Source: Daphnia carinata
Lineage: Eukaryota
Assembly: GCF_022539665.2 (NCBI RefSeq)
Contig: NC_081331.1
Coordinates: 10,912,001 to 10,976,000, forward strand
DNA: 64,000 nt
Direction: 5' to 3'
Position numbers and translations under genes: made by a program. The notes beneath the pieces are model-generated. The model saw nothing but the letters and a program-made list of their open reading frames with translations. It did no database searches and was not told the DNA's origin. The first letter of the stretch is position 1; each line of letters begins with the position of its first letter. Shown piece by piece: positions 26,646-37,530 of this stretch.

Positions 26646-29237
26646 CGATCTGTAGTACTGTTCACTACACGTTAAGGATCGACCCACAAACTGAAGGGTG
26701 GAGAAGAGGGGAACATTGAACGTAGGCTGTTCGTTAGCCTCCCCACGGCCTGAAAGACGGCTCGTGGATGCAGACGCTTATGATCGGGATATGTGACCCA
26801 ATTCGATACCTGTAAGTTTTTGTTGTTCCTTTTTGTATCTAACACCATTACGTACAGTAGTACTAGTAGACTATTTAAAATTGACAAATTTATATAAATT
26901 TAAAACTTCTTTCATATTCTTTCACCTACTCCTAAGGAAAATTAGCGCCACTTGGCGGCCGAAGAAAATCTACCTATCCCCCGGCGCTTCTGTGTTCATC
27001 CAGGCTGCTACTCTTCAAACATGGAGTCTTGCTGTCGCCTCTAAGAACCCCATAGTACTACTTTTTCCAGGTTAGTTCCATAGTTAGTAATAGTCATCTT
27101 AAAAGAAAGAGTTAGTCAGGTGAAGAAATAGAAGTTGAAGTTCTTTTAAGCTCTCTTAGGTATGCAATGGAAGTTTTTGCATGCTCATAACTTTGTTCTA
27201 TACGCTCAGAAACGTCTTCAGCGAGCTCGATTTGTTCATAGTTCTGTTTTTGGAATCAACGGCGATATGGAACAACAAATATACACAACAGTATGTGGAC
27301 AACAAGAAAGCTTCTGTTTGAAGAAAAAACTACATCAGTAACCAGTTGCAGGTTCTCATTCATGGTAAAGCTATATGATTAACTGACTTTTGCTATTCTT
27401 CTTTAGACCACATGTTTAATTCATCATATATACATATTTCTTTTCTTTTTGGGCATGGTTATGTTAGATTTACATAGAAAACCGATAAGAGTTTTTGGAC
27501 TACCGTACTGCTTTTCGCATGTTTGACGTTTATCCGTCGATATCCATGTTGCCATGGCTAAAACAACAAAAAGGTTGGAATCTAGATACTACGTGGTACG
27601 TTATTATACAAATATTTATTCATTAATTGTTTTCTTAATTTATTTTTGTTACAGCTTTCACTTTACGCTATGTACTTCGAGGACTTTGCGTTTAGCTGTG
27701 AAAACCTTATTCTTCTATAAGCAAGGCATGTCGTTTTGAGATTCCATTTTAATCATTACTAAAACATTTTCAAAATTGTATCACGTTTTCAGTGCGTCTT
27801 GTATTGCCAACGCTGCTGATGTCTGAAATAACCATGGCCTAGGTAAGGTTTGAGTCGTATAATTCTTTTATGTGCTATATTAATCTGAAGTCTTTCTTAT
27901 CTGTGAAACGAGAGCAAAGAAAAGGAAGCATTCGTCTTTAAAACAACCGACTACGCAGCAACATGCAACCATGTATCTACCATTATCATAAGGGTTTGTT
28001 ATTAGAAACACAGAGTTAAACATCCGGAATTGGCACAGCAGCAAAGCTTCAACTTCAAAATAGTTGGAAGCCATACAAGTAATAGTATTTATTTAAAATT
28101 TTACGCTTCTCAATCTGAAGTTGAGTGCTGAGAAGCTCTTCCCGTATTCATATATAATTGAAATGTTCAAGTGATGTGAACGAGGTAGGACATCCATTTA
28201 GATCCAAATCATTCTAACATCTAGATATCTTGCGTAGTTTGTCATAAGTAATCCCTCAATCGTCCTCCATTTTACTATACCATTCTATTCCACAAATTCA
28301 AAGTTAATTCCAATTACAAAGGGAACGGCCTCCTTGCGGATATTTATTTATTACGTATAAATTTATCTTTGTTTAATGTATTTCTTTGAAAGTGAAAATG
28401 CAGGCAGAACGAAACGGAATCACTAAGAGCCGTTTTGGTCAGTGTGGGAACGGGGTGAAGTTAAATCCGGCTAAGGTCTAAAGGCGAAGCCTTAAGCACG
28501 GGATTTATTTAATAAATTTACAATTCGGGTGATTTTTTTTTCTTATTTCACATCATGTAAACTATATACACACCTTTTGATTTTATGCTTAATAGGCTTT
28601 CTCGAATATACGCGGCGGATGTTTTAAAATTGCATTATGTCTGTATATTGGAGTAGGCCTATCGTAGTTTAAATCCCAGAAGTGTGTGATTCATTCCTCA
28701 TCAGGGCAAAACATATAGTTAACAAGATGTCGAATTCAGTTGTCGATCGAGGAAGTTTTCAATGCTTTCTGTTGATTTCGTCGAAGGTTTTCGGCCGGAT
28801 TGCACTCAACTCGTCCCCATACTGACCGAAATGGCTCTGGATGATTTCGTTTGCTTTCCAACAGACAAACATTCCATCTATTTCAAAGCGTGCTTTATAC
28901 TTGAGAAAACCGAATACGCCTTGATAAGTCTCTGCACGTGAGGCCGTTTCCCCTGTAGTTGGAATGAAATGGTATGGTAGAATGGATGAAAATTAGATGA
29001 ACTTGAATTAACAGATATTTTTCTGGATTTTTTTATCGCACACATCACGTACAGTCTACATTTTTCAATAGCAGTGGTACATATTAATCTGTCCTGATGG
29101 TGAATTAATAGAAAATTCTGATGTTCAATAATTCTTGAAATGCACAAAACTTATCTTCAAAGGATTAAGATTTTAGTTAGTGGTAATCTTAATAGCCATG
29201 TTTTTCTTGAATCGTTATAATATTTTTCCCTTCCAGA

Positions 29238-29761
29238 TTACATTAAATCAAGGGATTGCTCTCCTACTATGATTACAACAAGGAGTCACATCAATTCCAA
29301 ACAAGTTAACAATGAAGGTTTTATGGAAAAGCACTAGCACGTAACCTGGATGAGCCCGGCGGATCTCCTTAGCCAAGGTTTAAAATGTTTTCTCTGTCTG
29401 GCTGTTACGCAAAACAAGGGTGCGTGACACATACTAAATCGGGTGAGTAATTAGTAAATAAGACCTATCGAAGTTTAATTATTCTCGGAACATTAAGAAT
29501 CATCCTTATTTTCTTCTAATAGAAACTTTCTCTTTCTAGGTTACTAATATTGATGGATTTACATTGCGCCGGAAAAATTGCAGCTAGCATCAACAGCCGT
29601 TAAAGTATGTAAATAATATGTGAACTTGCGTCACCAGGAAGTGGGTTTTGAGGACTGTTTGATTTGCCCAAAATTTTTAGTTTCCCAAGGATCTACGTAG
29701 GCGTCTCCAATTGGATACGAAACATCCTACTGACTGTCACCGTTTTACAATCTGCTGAAAG
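29238..29761 (+). pseudogene. Decayed spliced coding fragments, possibly a transposase zinc-binding region (mirror ~17936-18460, -)
   Basis: Good splice signals (ttccag|, |gtgagt, ttctag|, |gtaata). The translation, with stops, reads DLLSQGLKCFLC...NR|VTNIDGFTLRRKNC...PGSGF*GLFDLPKIFSF. Confidence 0.35.
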
Positions 29762-31557
29762 GTAATAAACGTTATTCTTGTTAGACTACTCGGTATTCTC
29801 CTGCGTGTTATTCCGCGCTATCCGATTCAGTTTTCTCTGGGCTATTTTGAGCGTGTTTTATACTTTTTACGTTCAATCGTCTGACTCTGGGGACGAGCGC
29901 AAAAAACTAAAATGTCGTTCTTTTTGGTCAATATCTTCATTAAATTGGTATTAGCGCAAAGGGCACACAGGCGTTCGCAATACCGAACCGATTGTTTTAT
30001 ATGTAAATGTCGTGTTTTTGTATCATGTTGTGTGACCGACAGTTGATCTTCTAGTAATTCGTTGTTTTGACTTAACCTTGTCATTTTGTATTTTCATTTT
30101 CTAACCGAGAAGACACAAGAAAAACCTGGTGATTATGTGTTGATATTTATACGACTAAAAGCTGGCAAGAGATGGGAAGTACTATTTTAAACAAAAACAC
30201 GTAAGATTATTTATTCTTAAACTACAGTTTGATGCTGGTCAGACACGCTTGTAAAAAGCCCTGTGAAATTTCCAATCTAAATCATGTATTTTAATGGTAA
30301 TACCGAGGTTTTTTTAATAAACAACTTGTTCACTAATTCTTCTTCGATTCACTTTTATTTTGGTTGTTGAGAAAAAAACTAGATGTCGCTGTTGCGCTTC
30401 CAAAATGGTGGAATGTTTACGTGTGACAGTGGTGTAAGCAGTTAATCCTGCTTGAAAGTCTTTGTTAAAAATGTTAGACTCCAGTGAAAAGTTGTATAAA
30501 ATTAAGTACTATTAAGTGTTTTATTCCCTGTGTCGTTTTGGACGTGAAGCAAACCAAATATTTCATTTTTCATGTAACGGGCAATCTTGCAAGCTATGCA
30601 AGCTGCCAATTCCAAACTGTCACAAATTGCTCTGTCAAAGAACTATGACCTTAGCATTCCATCATGCTACTCTGTTGCTCTATTTAGAGGTATGTAACTT
30701 GTGTGTGGCCGTTAATATTGGCATGATTCTGACTTTAACATCTAGCTTTGTAAAACTTACAACGGAAGACATACTAACCAGTGGGAAGGTCACCAATGAT
30801 AGAACCAACACACCACTGTCTCATTTGACTACCCTTTGCCTAGTCATCAGAAACAGCTTTAATCTGACTAGTGCATCGTGTCCCTCTTTGTTTGGATTCC
30901 AATGATTAACCACTACCAACCAACTTACATAGAAATGGACATCACAGCCAGTCCTGTTTGGTATTTTAAGTTTGAGGCTTATCTACTGTTGCCATTCTTT
31001 AAATATAATATCCCATCGTAGGTCTGCCGAGCCTTCTCCTTCAGCAAAATTACCAGCCCAACAACTTTTGCGTCTTTGGACAACAGGGTAAAGTAAATTT
31101 CCTTCCCTGTTATAATTATGCCAATAATATTATATTCCACATGTAGTAACGTTTTCTTCATATTTATCATTTAGAACTATGCCATCATCTTCTGTTCCAC
31201 GCAAAATTGAATCAAAATTCTAAGTTTTGCCCGTTCTTCACTTCATAATCCTTCGTCGCCTGGCTTTTCGCCCCGTCCGTCGCCTCGCCTGTAGCCGTCT
31301 TCGCCTCGCCCGTCTCCCCGTCTTCGCCTCGCCCGTCGCCTTGCCCGTCTCCCCGTCTTCGCCTCGCCCGTCGCCTTGCCCGTCGCCTCGCCCGTCGCCC
31401 CGTCTTCGCCTCTCCCGTCGCCTCGCCCGTCGTCGTCGCCCTGTCATCGCCTCGTGGTCACGCCGTCTACGCCTCCCCTATCGCCCCTTCATCACCTCGT
31501 GGTCGCCTCGTCTTCGTGGTATGGTTGTGTTTTGTTTTATGTTGTATTATGTTTTGC

Positions 31558-31883
31558 AAACTAACACGTTGGCTGCCACCCACCCACTTTGATCCCCTTT
31601 TTTTTTGTAGCTTGACAGGGACGGGCCGCGCTGTTCTGCTCCATGGTCTATCTGCCATGGGGTGGAGCAGCGCCACTGCCCAAGATTGGCCGAATGGCCC
31701 CTAGGCAACGCACCACAGGGAATTCCCTTTTTCGATGCGGCTGATGAGACCTGGGGTGTGCGTTCCCAAAAAGGTCTCATCGCCGTGTCAGCCCGGCCTA
31801 CCCGGCCCCCTTGGTCGCTATCCCTAGGATAGCGACACTAGCGACAGTAGAAAATGGTGGCGTGGCAGCCAACGTGTTAGTTT
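31558..31883. mobile_element. MITE-like element (mirror copy of 15829-16154)
   Basis: Same 22-bp terminal inverted repeats. Confidence 0.75.
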
Positions 31884-34800
31884 AAGTGTATCTGTGTATG
31901 TATTGTATGTTGTGTACTGTATTTTAAAATGTATGTAATAGTGGTGGATATGTGGGTGGAAGGAGGGACAATAAAAACGATTTTACACTATTTAATTTTG
32001 TATTTATTATTTAGCTGTACATTAACTGATATGGGGATCGAACCCTAGTATTCTAGCATGACAACCACATGCTTTACCATTATTCCAACCATGAACTTAC
32101 AAATAACTAATATGCATTCAACAATAAGCTAGTGTGTACTGAATATCTATATAGGTATCACAATCCGAAACAATGTTAACAAGGGTAGTATGACATACCG
32201 GTAGCACGCTGGCCTATGGTGCAAGAATTCTGTGGTTCAAATCCCAGACGACTTAAAATGGATTATCGAAGTAAGAATATTAAATGAAGAAAGAAATTAG
32301 AAGAATGCCAAGCAGAAAACACAAGACCAAGCAATATAAAAAAAAAGAAAGGGCAGAGTAAGAAAGCAGTTAAAAACATAAGTTTTGCTATTTTTTGTTT
32401 AAAAAAAATAAATTGTATTGACATTACTCTGCACATATAAATGATTTTGCAACTTTAAAAAGGCACAATAGCCCTTTCAAAAGTTGCCGTCAACCCAGGC
32501 AGGGGGAGACACTGCCTTGTTGACCCACCGGGGAGATTACCCGGTGATTGGCTAAGAGAAGCCGGAAGAAGAGCTGAAGATTTGGAACATTTTTACAGGA
32601 GCGATTAACCTTTAGTTCGGATTTGTGGGCAGCCACATCGCCCTCCGTGAACACATCATCGGACTAAGCGGACACCCCACGTCCCCTTTCCGGCCAGAGC
32701 CCTCCAAACCTCGGTATATGTTGTTTTTAAATATACCGTACAGTAGGGGCATGACCCCCTACGGGCTTATTAAAAATTTAAGGGAAACGGGGCTACAGAA
32801 AGAAGGGAGCCCAGATATGCACTTCAATTTTTTAAATATAAAATACCGTCTCGGGAATCCGAATTAAGTATAGAAATGTCATGTCATCCATTCAATCATT
32901 ACAATTTATTCAGTGTCTTGCCCCTGCCAAGAATCTTTTCAGATCCAATGTTACTATTAACCTATGCTGAGAAAAGAAAAACAACACCATTAAGCATCTC
33001 AATTGTTGCTCATGTGACTTACATGACTTATAGATTCAACTTCTGGCAGAAGCTTGGGAAAGGCCATACAAATTGCAGATGAAAATCATTGTATAAGGCT
33101 CTTGAATGATAAAATAGCACCCATAGAATGTTGCATTGTTGTTAGTTGTGTTCCCAGTATGCTGAAAATCCTTTCCTATTGGATAAATTTTTTTTTTTAG
33201 ATTAGACATGGTTGGCAAAAAGCAGGAGAAATGCTTTGTCATAAATTCAAAAAATTTTCAAGAAAATTCCTTTCATACCTAAAAAGTCCATGTATGATGT
33301 TTATCGCTGCAATGCCAACAAAATGAAACATGTTTAGGGCCATTTAAGTACCCAGCTTCACCAACACTCTGAACGTAAAGGACGAGTTGTTCTTTAGCAA
33401 GAGAAGCAGAATTATTTGAGGCTTCTAGCTGTGACAGAACTATAAAGGATTGCTGTTACACAGGATTCATTCACACAAGATGGTACTTCTCATTAGACAA
33501 TTTGCATACTCTATTACTTTACCTCATACCTTAATGGTAATGCACTTTCAGTGTTTTTCAACTGTAGGCTCACTCTTCCATCCTGTAACACTTTCAGACT
33601 TGACTTGATCCCCCACTAAAATTCTGTGAATGCAAAATAATAGCATTAAAAATACTTTTTCGATAGACAAAAAACCGAAAAGTACCTAATTCACGTTTTA
33701 TTTTGAACTCGTGCTATTTCTGGGTTTCCATACCACACCCATTTTCAGCCCAAATACGGTCTCACAATTGTTCACTTCCTTCGCTGCACGGACTTATTAC
33801 TAACAATTCTTTTAGTGCAGCACTAACAGAATTTAACTTTAACACACTGTCAGGTGGTAGACTGAATAACTAAACAATAAATAATTGTCTGTTAAAATTC
33901 TATACTTATTTTGAATTCTTATTTGAAAAGTTTAGGTACCTGACTCTGTTCGCCTAATGCCAATTCATCCTCATGTTCAGTTAGGGATGAGTTTGGAAAA
34001 ACCTCCTTCACTGTTTGGAAACTGTTCCGTTCCAATTTTTTCCCCCTAGCTGAGCTTGGAGACTCAAAATTTGAGCTACAAATCACAAATGAATAAAAGC
34101 AAATAAATAGAATCATTATGTATTAGGCCTTACCATCCTTAGCTTTGCTGTTATCTAATATTTTGTGTTGTTCCAATAATTGGGCCTGCAGCTTCATAAT
34201 TTGATGTAATAAACAATAATTAATAATTGAAAATCAATATAATAATGTTTATACTTACCATCCTTTTGTTGTATTATCTTATCCATTTTAACATATTTTT
34301 CTCCATCCACGCTACTCGACTAACTGACAATGGGATCCAATGGACTCAAATTGACATGCCAGTAATAACGATTCTGACCGGTAGATGGCTACGGATCGGA
34401 AAAAAAAGTGTGATTTTCTTTTTTTTTTTGGCGAAATTTTTTTTTTTTTTTTGTGTAAAACGGATTGTCATATTGCCATACTTTACTGATAAACACTAGA
34501 GGTTAAAGGGAAATATAACGGCTGGACATCTTTTACGGTTAGCTGCAAAATTTCATCATGAAATCTGGAATGAAAAAGAAAATTCAGATCAAGGTGAAAT
34601 GTGGCTACAGAAAAGATGAGAGAACCTATTAATTGTGCTTCACTTTGACTGAATCAAATACCATAATATGGGATATCTGGACTACATTTTTAATGGGAAC
34701 TTAGCTATGCACTTCACTTTGAGCATACCATGGGTGAGGGTTGGACCAAAATATCCATATCCTTTTAACAATACTGATAGTTTTCAATAAAAATATATCC

Positions 34801-35589
34801 ACCTCCACCAAAGTGTGGGCTTGTCACATGGAAGTTTCCTTTCTGTAATTTAAGACATTTTGTTTAATAAACTCATGATCTGGAAACCATCAATCAATTA
34901 CCAAATTGTTTAAGAAGACATGTTTGGCAAATGACAGTCATTGATAGAAAATCAACAATCTTTGTGCACCTCTTCGATGGCTGAAAAGGCAAAACACTGC
35001 TCAAGAAAGAGGGCATGATCCAATTATTGCAACTGAATATTATCAGAGTAAACTCCAACCAAATATTCCAAAATGTTTTCAACTTCAGGCAACAGTTTAG
35101 GGAAAAGTTCACTAAGAAAATGTGAACATTCCCTTCGTTTAGCAGGGAATGTTGTTGTGGTTATAACAAACAATCAAAATTGTCTCACAGATTAGATGGG
35201 AAAATGGAAAGGGTTTCTCCCTAAGTAGTCCCATCAACCAGTACTGCCACATTACTGCCAATACAGAGAAGGAAATTCAAAAGGTATTTAAAAATTGAAT
35301 AGATATTTTACCATCAGAATGATACTGCAACACATAGCTGTGGCAGACGTTTATTCTGTGAAAAATTTATCACATTGTAGAGTAGGCCTTGTCTAAAATG
35401 TAACGCGAATGCCATCACCTAAAAACAGAAAACTTCGATTACATTCCAGCATAACAAATATGTTGCATGCTTACATATCGTAAACATTGGATTTATACCG
35501 CAGACGACCCATCAAACGGTATAGCCATCTATTGGTAAGGTATCCAGTTTTACTTCACTCAACGGAACCCCGATGTTCAAGACATTAGG

Positions 35590-35970
35590 GGCTTGAAAAT
35601 AAGCCCGACAAAATAAATAAGCCCAAACCAAAGTTGTCGCGCCAGTAAAAAAAAATATCAGGATTCCAAAAGTATCACGGATTGCCATATAGCAATCCGC
35701 TGAATAATCCGTTGAATAATCTTTGAAGTCCGATGTTTCACGCTAGCGCTGTAGCGTACTGGCGCGCTAGTAATGGTTTCGATTCGCACATACACTACTT
35801 TTATATTTTAGATTACTCCAAAACTATAAACTCTGCGTAAAAACAAATTCTATTTTCGTGTTCCTTAGTTAATTTTGAATCAGAATCATCTATAGTCATT
35901 TAGATTTAATGCTATTATTTTTTAACAGGAAAAAATTTTAAGCCCGACAATATAAGCCCGGGCATATTTT
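35590..35970. repeat. Transposon-end-like motifs inverted relative to 12441-13080
   Basis: cgctagcgctgtagcgtactggcgcgctag (35741-35770) is the exact reverse complement of 12482-12511. aagcccgacaa motifs at ~35601 and ~35940 mirror gtcgggctt at 12841. Confidence 0.7.
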
Positions 35971-36519
35971 TTAACGCAACGACGACAAAAATTCGTCTGC
36001 AATTACCAGCAGACTTTGAAATATGGCAAACAACAAAGCGAGAGGACGTCTGCTAGAATAAGGTATTGGTTCCATTTTTTTCCGACCAATGCTGTTAAGC
36101 CTCAAAGAGGAAACATTTTTTTTTTCCAAAAACGGGCTACAACTTGATGAATAGCTTTCGCTTCCCTTGTCTGAACTGTTTGAACGGTCTGGTGCGCACG
36201 AGCGCAGCACGTCCTACAAATTAGTCCCGAAGATGTTTGTCATTTTGTTTTGTGCGTATATGTACAAAATTATACATACCTTTCAAGAGGGTTACCAGCC
36301 ACTCCAACTTGCCGACAGTTTCAAAAGGATCGACCAGGTGTTCGGCTGTTTCTGCAATTCAGGAAAACTTTGTCGATTTCATATTTGTTTTCATCTTGAG
36401 CAAGATTCAACCCAACTCTGCTGAAAGTTTTTCGTTTGATCGAACTCCCTGAAATTTGCATTATTTGGCGTTCAGTCACGGTCTTATTTTCTACACAACA
36501 GAAACGATATCGACAGCTA

Positions 36520-37530
36520 ATGGAAGTCCACTGGAACGCTGTTTTAATGTTGGTGAGCTTGGCCATGGCAGAAAGCGAACAAGGTAACTTTCGAGTCAAC
36601 ACATGTAGATTCAACAAGTCTTGTACGATGTTATAACGACATGAAAAATCCCAGTTCTTTATCGTTGCCGTTTAACAGTCTTCCCATCCAACCAAACTAA
36701 ACTCTACATGGCGACCATTAACGAAATTTCCATTCAGCTAAGGCAGAAATTTTGGCTGTTTGTAAATGCACTCCCAGTAAGGTCAAAATGTAAAATAAAT
36801 TTTTCGTTTGTCTGCATTAAAGACGAGGCAATTCAGTGCATCTGTACGACACGAATTTGCCAGGAGATGGCCGAGCCTGTCTGTACCACTTCCGGTTTAT
36901 GTTACTCTCAGTACCTGGATCGTAGGGATGGAACTAATCCGGTCACCAAAGGCTGCGTCAAGTAATAATCCATGAGTTACATAGCATTAAAATGCTCGTC
37001 TTCTTTTTTTTTCTGTAACAAATCCGTTGAATTTATCACTAGCCTGAAGACACCTCTCCTGTGCGAAAACCGTCCACCAAAGAGCACGTCATCGCTGCGT
37101 GTTAGATGGCCCATTTTGCTCTGCTGTCGGACTCAAATGTGCAATAAAGAGGATTTGCGACTACAAGAGCTTACTCAAACTGATCGCACCGGACAACCTG
37201 GTAAGCACGAACTTCAAAATCTGATATAAACGATCATATATAACTGCCGAGAGTAATCGTTTTGGATGCTCGTTTTTACTTAAATTTAAATCTTAAAAAG
37301 GAGCCAGCGAGAGCGAAACTGCCGATAATATCGGTGAAGGCGCCATTCCCGTTCCAACCGATAAAACCAGCCATGGCGTATTGACGTTTAGTAACAACAA
37401 TAATAACAGCCATAATAACAACACGCTGTCCAATCCAACTGTTTTGATCGTTTTCTGCGTTGGTATGGTCGTTTTATTGGCCATCGGTATCACGGGGTGT
37501 TGCGTTCTTCAGAGGCAACAAGTTTACTGA
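36520..37530 (+). CDS. BAMBI-like / kinase-less TGF-beta type-I-receptor-like membrane protein (exons 36520-36583, 36823-36961, 37043-37200, 37301-37530)
   Basis: Signal peptide MEVHWNAVLMLVSLAMA, a 10-Cys ectodomain (CICTTRIC...C...C...GC...C...CCRTQMCN) and TM VLIVFCVGMVVLLAIGITG, then CCVLQRQQVY*. The GT-AG introns keep the frame. Confidence 0.8.

Larger units (their letters stand above)
13169..34502. mobile_element. ~21.3 kb palindromic (foldback/composite) element with piggyBac-like termini; no intact transposase seen
   Basis: The left end CTAA|CCTCTAGTGTTTATCAGTAAAGTATGGCAATATG mirrors the right end CATATTGCCATACTTTACTGATAAACACTAGAGG|TTAA. Mirrored ORF pairs have near-constant coordinate sums (47712, 47698, 47646). 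Confidence 0.75.
24718..34502 (-). repeat. Right arm of the long inverted repeat
   Basis: Reverse complement of 13169-22930. It is nearly identical inside ~32870 and visibly diverged outside it. Confidence 0.97.

Noticed and set aside
31741..31795. Hammerhead ribozyme (CTGATGAG followed by a stem)
   Set aside because: The stem closes with CTCATCG rather than the required GAAA core, so it is a plain hairpin.
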